This document shows positions 29,598 through 39,548 of a stretch of DNA of 64,000 nucleotides, piece by piece (the first letter of the stretch is position 1; each line of letters begins with the position of its first letter). The notes under the pieces were generated by a model. The model was not told the origin of the DNA, made no database searches, and saw nothing but the letters and a program-made list of their open reading frames with translations. The DNA is from an uncultured Pseudomonadales bacterium. Its GTDB lineage: Bacteria > Pseudomonadota > Gammaproteobacteria > Pseudomonadales > Azotimanducaceae. The DNA lies in the NCBI GenBank assembly GCA_949372755.1, contig CASIBO010000008.1, positions 33,162 to 97,161 of the forward strand, read 5' to 3'. A program made the position numbers and the translations under genes.

Positions 29598-30524
29598 TCA
29601 GTCGTTCTGATCGGGTTCAGGGAGCGGGTAGTGAATGCCCGGAATTCCGCCTTCGAGTGCTTGGTACCAGTCGGGTCTCGGCTGAACGGGGACATAAGGG
29701 GTCGGCACCATCGGTCGATCTGTGTTCCACTCGTGATGAATGGGGGGCATTTGGAAGGTGCCATGACTGGCATTGGTGCCACCATCGACCAATAAATCAA
29801 CACCAGTGATGTAGCTGGCAAGATCCGAGGCAAGGAACATCACGGCATTGGTAACTTCTTGCACTTCACCCAGGCGCCGCATTGGCGTACGGCTAGAGAT
29901 CCACTTGTCCATGCCCATGGCTTCGAGCATTGGGCGGGTCATCTCGGTCACGACAAAACCAGGCGATACGGCGTTGACCCGAACCCCGCGGTCCGCCCAC
30001 TCGGTGCCCATTTGGTAGGTCATATTCACCAAGCCGCCCTTGGCCGCGGCATAGCCGATTACGTTATTCTCATTACCGCCGCTCGCCATAATGGAGCAGA
30101 TGTTGACAATCGAGCCGCTGCCGCGTTCCAGCATGTGGCGTCCGCATTCTCGGGCATACATAAACGCGCCGGTTAAATCGACTGAGATAATGCGATTAAA
30201 GGTTTCAGTATCAAATTGTTCAGCCGAAACACCTCGGGGGTCAGCGATGCCCGCGTTGTTAATCAGAACATCAATTTTGCCTAATTGTTGCATCCCGGCT
30301 TGGATTACCGCATTCACATCGGCTTCATTTGAGACATCTCCCGCCACAACACAAACGCTCGCGCCTTTTAGTTCACAGGCTTTGCCGACTTGGGTCAGCG
30401 CGTCTTCGCTGCGCGCGGTCAAAATTAAACTGGCGCCAGCTTCTGCAAAGGCATAAGCGAACTGCTCGCCAAACCCATAACTTGCACCGGTAATAAGGAC
30501 GACCTTGTTGCTGAAATCAAACAC
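29598..30524 (-). CDS. SDR family oxidoreductase with C-terminal extension
   Basis: TGASYGFG, NNAG, and a YAAAK catalytic motif. There is a Pro-rich C-terminal tail of about 50 aa. Confidence 0.85.
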   Translation of the reverse strand: MFDFSNKVVLITGASYGFGEQFAYAFAEAGASLILTARSEDALTQVGKACELKGASVCVVAGDVSNEADVNAVIQAGMQQLGKIDVLINNAGIADPRGVSAEQFDTETFNRIISVDLTGAFMYARECGRHMLERGSGSIVNICSIMASGGNENNVIGYAAAKGGLVNMTYQMGTEWADRGVRVNAVSPGFVVTEMTRPMLEAMGMDKWISSRTPMRRLGEVQEVTNAVMFLASDLASYITGVDLLVDGGTNASHGTFQMPPIHHEWNTDRPMVPTPYVPVQPRPDWYQALEGGIPGIHYPLPEPDQND

Positions 30525-30840
30525 GTTGCGCTCCTGTTGGTTGTAGCGTTATGTCCCGCTGATTCGCTGAGTTTAAAGTGAAACGATCCGCAAATAAATT
30601 GCGCAAGCGATAAATCAGGCAGCGGTTTAGAACCTGACCCAAAAGGCGCCGAATTAAAATTGGGTGGCCTGGTCGCCCGCGGTCGAGCCATGTCACGCCA
30701 AAGCAGTTACTAAAAGCCCTTCGCGTCGTGTCGGGCTTCGCTGGCAAAGCATCCTGCACTAAAAGTGAGCCCGGGTCTCGACAGGGCAAGCCCTTATGCG
30801 ACATGCTAGACGCCTTTAATGATCGGCGTGACAAGGAGAC

Positions 30841-31932
30841 GTGAGCATGATTCCCAAGACTATTGATGAGGTGACGGTAGATTGGCTGAGCGCGGTGCTT
30901 AACGACACAATTGAAAGCGTTGAGATCGCGCAAATTGGTCAGGGCGTTGGCCTGATGGGTGATATTTTTCGAGTGACCTTACAACGCGCCAACTCGGAAT
31001 CGGCAGGTCCAGATAGTGTTGTCGTCAAGCTACCGTCGTCATTTGAAGACAATCGAGCCCAAGGCGTGGCGCTCGGAATGTTCGAAGCAGAAGTTCGTTT
31101 TTATAAGAGTCTTGCCGAGCAGGTGTCGGTTGGGTTACCGGTCGTTTATTTGGCTGAAATCATTGAAGGCACGGCAGATTTTGTCATCGTGATGGAGGAC
31201 CTCAGTCGCTTGACACTGGTGTCGCAAACCGACGGTATGACACTCGATCAAACCTTCGCGGCAGTGCGCGTACTTGCGACGATCCACGCAGTGTGGTGGG
31301 ACCGTGCCAAAGCGCCAGAATATGAGTGGATACTTGCCATGACCGGGCCGAGAATTGAATATGTGGATCAGCTGCTGGTCCAAATTTTACCGGCCTTTTT
31401 AGAAGGCTTTGGCCATTGCCTGCCAGAAGGTGGCGATGCGTTATACACCTTGTTTGCTGGAAACTACCTCAAATTTAACGCAACGCTTGCGGCAAGAAGC
31501 CCTTGGACCATTGCGCACCAGGACTATCGGGTCGAAAACCTGATGTTTGGCCCTGAGGGTTCGGGCGAGGTGATGGTGATTGATTGGCAAGGGATCGGCC
31601 GAGGCCCGGGGGCCTACGACTTGGCCTATCTGATGGGCGGGTCAATGGACGTGCAGTTGCGACGGGATAACGAGCACGATTTGGTGAAGGCCTACCATGA
31701 TCAGCTCGAGCTGAGCGGCATCACCGACTATAGTTTTGAGCAAGCATTCGAGGATTACGGCTTTGCCCATTTGATGGGCGGGCTCGCAACGGCAATGGTG
31801 ACCGGCGGCACCATGGATTTGAGCAATGATCGTGGCAAGCAACTGGTTGAAACCATGGCGCGTCGTCATGTCACCGCTGCACTCGATCACGATGGACTCG
31901 CTCGAGCGAAAGCGGTCCTACAACAAAATTAA
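30841..31932 (+). CDS. APH/choline-kinase-like phosphotransferase family protein
   Basis: Brenner motif HQDYRVENLMF followed by VIDWQ. Confidence 0.75.
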   Translation: MSMIPKTIDEVTVDWLSAVLNDTIESVEIAQIGQGVGLMGDIFRVTLQRANSESAGPDSVVVKLPSSFEDNRAQGVALGMFEAEVRFYKSLAEQVSVGLPVVYLAEIIEGTADFVIVMEDLSRLTLVSQTDGMTLDQTFAAVRVLATIHAVWWDRAKAPEYEWILAMTGPRIEYVDQLLVQILPAFLEGFGHCLPEGGDALYTLFAGNYLKFNATLAARSPWTIAHQDYRVENLMFGPEGSGEVMVIDWQGIGRGPGAYDLAYLMGGSMDVQLRRDNEHDLVKAYHDQLELSGITDYSFEQAFEDYGFAHLMGGLATAMVTGGTMDLSNDRGKQLVETMARRHVTAALDHDGLARAKAVLQQN

Positions 31933-31981
31933 CTTAGCGCAGGATTAGACGCTTTTAGCGCGTCGCGAGGACAATCGCATT

Positions 31982-32671
31982 ATGGTGATAAGACAAACTG
32001 AAAAAATGAATGTTTTGAGCTTGCTCTGGAGCGCGCAGGGGCGGCCCTGGCGGGGTGCTGTCTGCCAATCCTGGTTCAATCGCAGAAAACGGGCTTTTCA
32101 TGGCCTGCAAAAAAATGTGGGCGGCAAAGGGTGGGTTGGGTATCTTAGTAGTGCGCGGTCTCTCATGCTTAGTCTGACATTGATTTGTTTTGGGGTTGGT
32201 GGGCCTGCCTTAGCACGCGCCGACGGTGAGCTCTCACCCGGCATGGCAGCACCGGAATTTGAGTTGGCGAATCTAATGGACGACACACAAAGGCGCGGTC
32301 TGAAGGACTATTCTGGGCAGGTCGTGTACTTGGATTTTTGGGCCTCCTGGTGCGGACCTTGCCTGGTTGCGATGCCCAAGATCGAAACACTCCGGCAAAC
32401 CATTGATTCAGATGAGTTTGTTGTGCTGGCCGTTAATGTTGATCGCAATCTTAAAAAGGCCCGAAAGTTTTTAACCAAGATCGGCGTGGGCTATGACAGT
32501 TTAGTGGACGAGCAAGGGCGGGTATCGGCATCCTATGGCTTAAACGCCATGCCAAGCTCCTATGTGATTAACCGGGCAGGCGTTGTTACCAAAGTTCACG
32601 AAGGGTTTCGCGATGGTGATGAGGATGAATTACGAGCGCATATTAAGGCGGTGATCGACAGTGGTGCATAA
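31982..32671 (+). CDS. TlpA/ResA-like thiol:disulfide oxidoreductase (redoxin)
   Basis: WASWCGPC active site and a hydrophobic anchor LMLSLTLICFGVGGPALA. The start is ambiguous (31982, 32006 or 32165). Confidence 0.8.
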   Translation: MVIRQTEKMNVLSLLWSAQGRPWRGAVCQSWFNRRKRAFHGLQKNVGGKGWVGYLSSARSLMLSLTLICFGVGGPALARADGELSPGMAAPEFELANLMDDTQRRGLKDYSGQVVYLDFWASWCGPCLVAMPKIETLRQTIDSDEFVVLAVNVDRNLKKARKFLTKIGVGYDSLVDEQGRVSASYGLNAMPSSYVINRAGVVTKVHEGFRDGDEDELRAHIKAVIDSGA

Positions 32672-32879
32672 GGCTTTCAGAATGGTCACTGGGCTTTTGC
32701 TCGTATTGCTAGCAAGTTGTCAAACGGTTGAGCCTTGGGAGCGCGACCGACTGGCTCAGCAAGAAATGCAGTTGACGCCGAACGTTTTGGACGCGCGGCT
32801 CTCTGATCAGGTCTTTTTCAGCAAAGAAGCCGCGAGTGGGGGTGGGGCAACCGCCGGTGGCGGTTGTGGGTGCAATTAA
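32661..32879 (+). CDS. DUF4266 lipoprotein
   Basis: 72 aa with lipobox LLASC, the motif VEPWERDRLA, and a Gly/Cys C-terminus GGGCGCN. Confidence 0.8.
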   Translation: MVHKAFRMVTGLLLVLLASCQTVEPWERDRLAQQEMQLTPNVLDARLSDQVFFSKEAASGGGATAGGGCGCN

Positions 32880-34030
32880 TGACCTCTAAAACCCAAATTG
32901 GCCCCTTGGCCCTATTATCCGCCGCGGCGCTTGCTCTGCCCGCATTCTCGGCGAGCCAGCCCACGGAGCGTGTGGTATCGGTGAATACGTCGGTTTACCA
33001 AGAGGGCGATGCCAACGCCGCAGAGGTTGTGTTTGGCGATCTACAGCGGTTTCGGGTTAAAACCAACCAGTTTAATTTGAGCGCGCCAATAGGGCGGGAT
33101 TGGTCGATGTCTTTGGGGTACGACAATGAAGCGATGAGTGGCGCCTCGCCTTGGGGTACGGTGGCCGCGAGCGATGGTAGCGGTGATTTAATTATGTCTG
33201 GGGCCAGCATCGATGATTCACGCAATGGGGTGGATGTGAGCCTGACGCGACATTGGCGTGGTCAGTCACTTGGGGTCTCGGTCGGTTATTCTGGCGAGCA
33301 CGATTACCATTCCCGCTCGGTGGGGCTGAACTACGAGCGAGATTTCTTTAAGCAAAATACGACCCTTGCACTATCGGCCAGTTATGCAAGCGATGAACTA
33401 ACGCCCACAGACGCACAACTCTTTCAGCGGTTGGAAAAAGGCTCGAAGCACACACGATCATTTTACGCCTCGGTGAATCAGCTCTTGAGCCCGGTTTCGA
33501 TGCTCAATCTGGGATTTGGCATCACCAAGCGGGTTGGCGAGTTATCAGACCCTTATAAATTGCGCGATATTCGGCCGGGCAAACGCCTTGAGCGGACTTT
33601 AACAGCGAATTACCGGCGTTATTTCGACTGGCAGACCAGTAGCCTTGCCGTCAACTATCGCTACTTTTGGGATTCCTATTCGGTTGGGGCGCACACCCTT
33701 GCGATGAGCTGGATGCTCGGTGAGGAGACGGCCCTGCAGTGGGGACCGATGTTGCGGTATTACAGTCAAAGCGAAGCGGCGTTTTATAACCCCTTTGACC
33801 GCTATGATCAGCCCGAGAATGTGGCGCAATCCAGTGATTTCAGGCTGTCAACATTTGGTGCTGTCAGTTATGGGCTGAAGGCGCGGTATCGTATGAGCGA
33901 CGTGCAAGTCTCAATGCAGTACGAGCGCTACGACAGCGGCTCGGATTACGCGTTATCCAGCACTAAAACAGCGCATCCGGGATTGGTCGACTTTGACGTG
34001 GTATCCCTCGGCGCGGAGTACCGATTCTGA
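32879..34030 (+). CDS. DUF3570-like outer-membrane beta-barrel protein
   Basis: Signal peptide ending ALPAFSA, alternating beta-strand pattern, and a terminal aromatic residue (YRF). The start overlaps the upstream stop (TAATG). Confidence 0.7.
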   Translation: MTSKTQIGPLALLSAAALALPAFSASQPTERVVSVNTSVYQEGDANAAEVVFGDLQRFRVKTNQFNLSAPIGRDWSMSLGYDNEAMSGASPWGTVAASDGSGDLIMSGASIDDSRNGVDVSLTRHWRGQSLGVSVGYSGEHDYHSRSVGLNYERDFFKQNTTLALSASYASDELTPTDAQLFQRLEKGSKHTRSFYASVNQLLSPVSMLNLGFGITKRVGELSDPYKLRDIRPGKRLERTLTANYRRYFDWQTSSLAVNYRYFWDSYSVGAHTLAMSWMLGEETALQWGPMLRYYSQSEAAFYNPFDRYDQPENVAQSSDFRLSTFGAVSYGLKARYRMSDVQVSMQYERYDSGSDYALSSTKTAHPGLVDFDVVSLGAEYRF

Positions 34031-34059
34031 CGAGTCTGCAGGTCTTTCGGTTTACCGCC

Positions 34060-35004
34060 ATGGGCAGTCCCTGTGAGTTGAAACTATCCGGCGACTCCGC
34101 ACTCTGCCGACGGGTCGCGGCGGATTGCCAGCGCGAGGCAGAGCGCTTTGAGACGCGCTATTCACGATTCACCACCGACAGTATTACGGCGCAAATCAAC
34201 GCGGCGGCCGGCGGCGCAGTCGTGCCGATCGATGCCGAATGCCGCGCCATTTTAGAATACGCGGGGGTGTGTTGGTCGCTCAGTGATGGGTTATTCGATA
34301 TTACCTCGGGCGTTCTGCGTAGGGTTTGGACAAAAGACCGATTGCAACTGCCGGCGCCTGATGAACTGCGCCCGATCTTGGCCTTAATTGATTGGCAAAA
34401 GGTGGAGCTCAGTGAGGCCGGCGTTCGGCTTGGTATGTCGGGCATGGAAATTGACTTGGGTGGTGTCGTAAAAGAGTACGCCGCCGATGCTTTGGCGCAG
34501 CGCATCGGCTTGGCAGGCATTGATTCTGGCGTGGTCAATTTAGGCGGCGATATTTTCTGCGTTGGCTCCAATCCGGAAGGACTGCCTTGGCGCATTGGGA
34601 TTAAAAATCCGGACGGCCCGGGCGCCATTGCGCAGGTGGGCATAGCCAATGCTGGATTAGCAACCAGTGGCGGTTATGAACGTTACTTCGAAATTGGCGG
34701 CAAACGCGTCAGCCACTTGCTCAACCCGACGACGGGAATGCCGGTTGAAAGTCTTGCGAGTGTGAGTGTGATTGCCGATCAAAGTGTTGTTGCGGGCTCG
34801 ATTGCAACCATCGCATTGCTGAAGGGGCAGGCCGACGGGCTAGACTGGCTTAGAGCACTGGCATGTGACTTTTTGGCAATTGATGCCAGCGGACAGTGTT
34901 TTACACGTCCAGGTCAGGGCCTTGACGGAATAGCAGCAAGTGGCCCGGATCAAAAATTTACACGTTTAACGGATAATCGATCAATTCAGGACGCATTCCA
35001 ATGA
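34060..35004 (+). CDS. apbE: FAD:protein FMN transferase (ApbE family)
   Basis: AMGSPCELKL start motif, then GGVVKEYAAD, ATSGGYERYF and HLLNPTTG. No signal peptide is visible from the first ATG. Confidence 0.85.
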   Translation: MGSPCELKLSGDSALCRRVAADCQREAERFETRYSRFTTDSITAQINAAAGGAVVPIDAECRAILEYAGVCWSLSDGLFDITSGVLRRVWTKDRLQLPAPDELRPILALIDWQKVELSEAGVRLGMSGMEIDLGGVVKEYAADALAQRIGLAGIDSGVVNLGGDIFCVGSNPEGLPWRIGIKNPDGPGAIAQVGIANAGLATSGGYERYFEIGGKRVSHLLNPTTGMPVESLASVSVIADQSVVAGSIATIALLKGQADGLDWLRALACDFLAIDASGQCFTRPGQGLDGIAASGPDQKFTRLTDNRSIQDAFQ

Positions 35005-36359
35005 GCCGACGCCTGCTACCACTCCTGTTTTTCTTCACCACCCTCAGCGCGGTCGGTGATGACGCGGCACTCTTTACACTTTATAAAAATCGCGTGGCGC
35101 CGATCATTCAAGGTTCGTGTATTGGGTGTCATGTTAGCGGGGGCCGGGCCAGTTCAACCAGACTTGTTTATGCTTCTGGCTCGTCAACCTCGGTTCAGGA
35201 GGCAAACTTCGACCGGGTGCGGTCGTACATTGAAGGTAATATCAAAACGGGTTCGCAGTACACGTTTGTAAACAAAGGGCAGGGGCAGGGTCACGGTGGC
35301 GGTAACCGACTGTCTCGAGCGGAAGATGTCCAAGCGGTCACGGATTTTATCGACGCCATTGCGCTGTCGTTAAGCGACGGGGATGAGGATGGCGTCACCA
35401 ACGATCTGGATAACTGCCAAGACGTGGCCAATGCGGATCAAGCAGATCTCGACCAGGATGGCGAAGGCGATGCCTGTGACGCGGATATCGATGGGGACGC
35501 GGTCTCTAACGCGGATGAAACGGCGCAAGGCACATCGCCAGATGAGGCCGATTCCGATGGCGACGGGGTTTTAGATGGCGAGGACGCCTTGCCCTTGGAC
35601 GCAAGTGAAAGCAGCGATCGTGATGGCGATGGCACCGGAGACAATGCCGATGCTTTTCCGGATGATTCCGCCGAGACCCAGGACAGCGATAACGATGGTG
35701 TGGGCGATGTTCGTGATGCCTTTGATGAGGATCCCACTGAATTTGAAGATACGGATGGCGATGGGGTGGGCGATAATACGGATGTCTTCCCGGATGATCC
35801 CACTGAGTTCCAGGACAGCGATAATGATGGCGTCGGCGATGTTCGAGATGCTTTTGATAAGGACCCCTTTGAGTTTGAGGATACGGATGGCAATGGGGTT
35901 GGCGATGCGGCGGACCCCGATGATGACGGCGATGGGTACAGCGATGCCGAAGAACTTGCTGAGGGGACCGACCCCAAGAATCGTTTTTCTTGCAAATCAG
36001 GATGTTTCAGCTTTGACGTCGATGAAAGCCAAGCCGCGCAACCCTTGACCGATGGTCTATTGGTCATTCGTCACTTGTTCGGGTTCAGCGGCGATGCCCT
36101 GACGTCGGGCGCCATTGCGGGTTTGGCCGGCAGAGGGTCCTCAGAGCTGATTTCGGGCTATTTAACGGGCGCTGATGCGGAGCTGGACATTGATGGCGAT
36201 GGCAAGTCTGAACCGCTGACGGATGGTCTATTGCTGATCCGGTATTTGTTCGGGTTCTCGGGTGAGGCCCTGATTTCTGGCGCCATTGGTTCTGGCGCGG
36301 AGCGGGATACGGCGGAGGCCGTCGAGGCGTATATCAAGGCGCGTGTGCCTGGGCAGTAG
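35001..36359 (+). CDS. secreted CxxCH (PSCyt1-like) / thrombospondin type 3 repeat protein with C-terminal dockerin-like repeat pair
   Basis: Signal peptide, then VAPIIQGSCIGCHVSGG (CxxCH at 35118-35132). Many DxDxDGxGD repeats follow, then two LTDGLL(V/L)IR(H/Y)LFGFSG segments. ATGA overlap with apbE. Confidence 0.75.
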   Translation: MSRRLLPLLFFFTTLSAVGDDAALFTLYKNRVAPIIQGSCIGCHVSGGRASSTRLVYASGSSTSVQEANFDRVRSYIEGNIKTGSQYTFVNKGQGQGHGGGNRLSRAEDVQAVTDFIDAIALSLSDGDEDGVTNDLDNCQDVANADQADLDQDGEGDACDADIDGDAVSNADETAQGTSPDEADSDGDGVLDGEDALPLDASESSDRDGDGTGDNADAFPDDSAETQDSDNDGVGDVRDAFDEDPTEFEDTDGDGVGDNTDVFPDDPTEFQDSDNDGVGDVRDAFDKDPFEFEDTDGNGVGDAADPDDDGDGYSDAEELAEGTDPKNRFSCKSGCFSFDVDESQAAQPLTDGLLVIRHLFGFSGDALTSGAIAGLAGRGSSELISGYLTGADAELDIDGDGKSEPLTDGLLLIRYLFGFSGEALISGAIGSGAERDTAEAVEAYIKARVPGQ

Positions 36360-36804
36360 GTTGGTCTTGTGGGCAACGGCCTAAGCCATGCGGTGATGGC
36401 GAACGCGGCCCCAGACCAGCGATCTAGAAGACCGAAAAACGAGACAGTAGACAATCAAATCTTATTTGGTTGGAGAACCGTGGTAAAAGGTTAAAGCACG
36501 GTAGACCAAGGCGCTGCCTTGTTACGTTTATCGAGCGTCATCAATCCTTTCCAAACGGTCAGTAATCTTAGCTAATCGGGTATCTGGGTTGTAAACCCGT
36601 GCGGGACCGTTTCACCCCCCTAAACGCCAACCAGCCATCAACGAGCCCGGCCGGCGGATGCGGTCTTGATTGGTGGCGGGCGCGGCGCTCGTGTCGAGTG
36701 CGATCTAAAAGGGAGGCGTATTTAAAACGGTTTGCGGGCGGCACTTACCTCGAATGATTCGAAGATGGCGCCTATTTAGAAAGGCCGCCCATAATTTTGA
36801 GCGG

Positions 36805-37674
36805 TTAGGGCGCTTTAATGTGAACCGAGCCTTGGTCAGGAATGACGTTGCTAAGGCCTTCATAGATATCATCGGTCCAGCGCGTGTGCCCAACGCCCGC
36901 TGAATATCCGCCATCGACGGGGAGGGTGATGCCCGTGAGGTAGCTACCCGCATCCGATGCCAGCATTAACAGCGGTGCAGCCAGCTCTTCGAGCGTCCCC
37001 AGTCGGCCCAAGGGCGTTTTGTTATTGATATAGGTCTCGTATCCCGGCACAGCGAGGTACGGGCCCGTCATTTCGCTTGGGAAGTAGGCAGGTGCAAGGG
37101 CGTTAACTCGAATCCCCCGGTCTGCCCAACTGCAGGCGAGATTGCGTGTTAAATTGATCACGCCGGCCTTGGAGGTTTGATACGCCAAGGGGTGATCGCC
37201 ACTACCGCCCATTCCGAGTACCGACGTTAAATTAATAATCGAGCCACCTTTGCCGTCGGCCAACATTCGTTTGCCGGCTTCTTGGCAGCAATACCAAAGG
37301 CCGCTTAAGTTGGTCTTCAAGGTGGCCTCAAACAGTTCATGGGGGAGCTTTTCTGGGACAAAACCGCCATCGCCGACTTGGCCTGCATTATTAACCACGA
37401 TATCGATGCGCCCACATTCGGCCCAGGCTTGTTCGATCATGGCCGCAACCGCCGCGGGTTGATCCACATCGCAAGCAATGGCGATGGCCTTACCGCCAGT
37501 ATTATTAATGTGCGCCGATAAGGCTTCTAGCCGATCAAGCCGTCGAGCGGTGATCACGACCGTTGCGCCTTGGTTGGCTAAAATCTCAGCGAAGTAAGCG
37601 CCAAGGCCTGACGAGGCGCCGGTCACAACGGCGGTTTTGCCTGTTAAATCAAATAGCTTGTTTACGAGGTCCAT
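36805..37674 (-). CDS. SDR family oxidoreductase
   Basis: TGASSGLG, NNAG and YQTSK. I chose the start MDLVNKLFDL, which has GGAG upstream. Confidence 0.85.
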   Translation of the reverse strand: MDLVNKLFDLTGKTAVVTGASSGLGAYFAEILANQGATVVITARRLDRLEALSAHINNTGGKAIAIACDVDQPAAVAAMIEQAWAECGRIDIVVNNAGQVGDGGFVPEKLPHELFEATLKTNLSGLWYCCQEAGKRMLADGKGGSIINLTSVLGMGGSGDHPLAYQTSKAGVINLTRNLACSWADRGIRVNALAPAYFPSEMTGPYLAVPGYETYINNKTPLGRLGTLEELAAPLLMLASDAGSYLTGITLPVDGGYSAGVGHTRWTDDIYEGLSNVIPDQGSVHIKAP

Positions 37675-37967
37675 GGCCATCTCCAATGAGTAATGGGTTC
37701 GATTCAGCCCTATAGTTTCTCGAATTGCCCGTGAGTGCAAGACCTATCCTTGCGTTGGCAGTTGCTTGCTTCTCACTCGGGTCAGATCGCACATCCCGCC
37801 GATTGCATTAGGAGCCTTTAAAGGGGCATAAACTCGATTGCCTTACCCAAACAACGACTGTCACGCGGGTGCGGTGCAACCTATTAAAGCACTTGACAGA
37901 AAACCGTCAGCCGTGCTTTTTTAGAACCAGAGACCGTCACGTCAGTTTTATTACACGAGGATTTGAT

Positions 37968-39548
37968 ATGAACACACCAACGAAGGGTTCCGTTCGAACG
38001 ATGGATGCCGCGTTTCAAAAGCTGCTCGATGCCGATACCCATCCTGAAAATATTTCTGACGCTTTGAAGCGCAATGCGCCCATGGCGCCTGGGCCAACCT
38101 TGGTCCCGGTTAAGCGCTATACCTCACGCGTGTACCACGAACTCGAGAAAACCCATTTGTGGAAAAAAAGCTGGCAAATGGCCTGCCACGAAGACGATTT
38201 TAAAAATGTTGGGGACGCTGTGCCCTATGACATCACAACGATGTCTTTTCTGATCGTCAAGGTCAGCGAAGATGAGTACAAAGCGTATTACAACGCCTGC
38301 TTGCACAGAGGCCGTAAATTGCGTGAAAACCCAGGGCGATCGCTTGATGAGTTGCGTTGTCAGTTTCACGGCTGGTCCTGGAATCTTGATGGCTCGATCA
38401 AGCAGATACCCTGCGCGTATGATTTCCCCGGGCTCAAACGCGAAGAAGAGTCGCTCCCGGAGGTGCGACTCGCGCGTTGGGGCCGGTTTATCTTCATTAA
38501 CCCCGACCCCGATGGCGAGTCACTCGAGTCGTTTCTCGGGGATTTAGACAGCCATTTTCCGCTCTTGGCTTATGACAAGCGTTACAAGTCAGCGCACGTG
38601 GCCAAGGTTATTCGTGCCAATTGGAAGGTGGTCCAAGAGGCCTTCATGGAGTCCTATCATGTGCTCATGACCCACCCCCAGATCTTGACGGGCGGGGCCC
38701 ATGACCTGTGCACCAAGTACGATGCGTTTGAGAATTATTCCCGCGCGATTCGGTGCGGGGCGCTTGAAACTGAAGGCATGCCAGCCTGGGAGCCGGTGCA
38801 GCTGGATGGCGTGCACAAAGTGCAGCACCCGCTTAACGGTTGGGTCTATGAGGATCTCGGTGATGGGGTGGTTGAGGTGACAACACCCAAAGGCCTTTCT
38901 GGAAAATTCACAGAGGACGCGGTTTGGCTCGAGGGCGAGCTGACCGACGCCAATCCCCATTTGTGTAATTGGGTGGGCGGCCTACAACTGCCAGCAAAAG
39001 CCACAGCGGCGATGCAGGATCCCAAGGCGGTTGGCCGCATCAAAGACAAGCTTGGCGCGCGTGGCAGCAGTCGTGCGGTTGGCGCTGAGATTCAACGTCA
39101 AGTGCTGAAAGAAATTATCCCATCGATCGCAGACACGATTCCAGATGTCGAACTAACCGCATCAATCTTTTTCACCGTGTTCCCGAATTGGCATCCTTGG
39201 GGCTCGTTTAATCAGATTAATTACCGATTCCGGCCGAACGGCGACAACCATGAGGAATGTATCATGGAGTGCATGTACTTTACCCCGATTCCCGAGGATG
39301 GGGATTACACACCCGTTTCTGAAATTCATTGGCTGGGCGCCGATGATGATTACACCGAGGCGTCTGAGCTGGGGATGTTAACCAAGATTTTTAATCAGGA
39401 CCTGCGGAACCTGCCCTATGTCTATCAAGGCATGAAGGCCACGGCCCGCGAACACTTACGATTCGGCGATTACAATGAGTTGAAGCTTCGGCACTGGCAT
39501 GAGCTGTATGCAAAGCTCATTCAGGACCCCATTACCGAAACAGGTTGA
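37968..39548 (+). CDS. Rieske [2Fe-2S] oxygenase alpha subunit (long form)
   Basis: CLHRGRKL...CQFHGW Rieske motif and an ESYHVLMTHP iron site. The start is at MNTPTKG. Confidence 0.85.
   Translation: MNTPTKGSVRTMDAAFQKLLDADTHPENISDALKRNAPMAPGPTLVPVKRYTSRVYHELEKTHLWKKSWQMACHEDDFKNVGDAVPYDITTMSFLIVKVSEDEYKAYYNACLHRGRKLRENPGRSLDELRCQFHGWSWNLDGSIKQIPCAYDFPGLKREEESLPEVRLARWGRFIFINPDPDGESLESFLGDLDSHFPLLAYDKRYKSAHVAKVIRANWKVVQEAFMESYHVLMTHPQILTGGAHDLCTKYDAFENYSRAIRCGALETEGMPAWEPVQLDGVHKVQHPLNGWVYEDLGDGVVEVTTPKGLSGKFTEDAVWLEGELTDANPHLCNWVGGLQLPAKATAAMQDPKAVGRIKDKLGARGSSRAVGAEIQRQVLKEIIPSIADTIPDVELTASIFFTVFPNWHPWGSFNQINYRFRPNGDNHEECIMECMYFTPIPEDGDYTPVSEIHWLGADDDYTEASELGMLTKIFNQDLRNLPYVYQGMKATAREHLRFGDYNELKLRHWHELYAKLIQDPITETG

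Noticed and set aside
35438-36067. Long antisense and off-frame ORFs rich in Ser/Pro/Ala or His/Arg across the TSP3 regions. They include 35438-36067(-), 35575-36048(+), 45644-46165(-), 47127-47549(-), 47474-47932(-), 47820-48251(-), 62456-62992(-), 62463-63128(-) and 63135-63721(-).
   Set aside because: They are shadow frames of the GAY-rich Asp/Gly repeat coding sequence on the plus strand. They are low complexity, have no start context, and lie fully inside well-supported genes.
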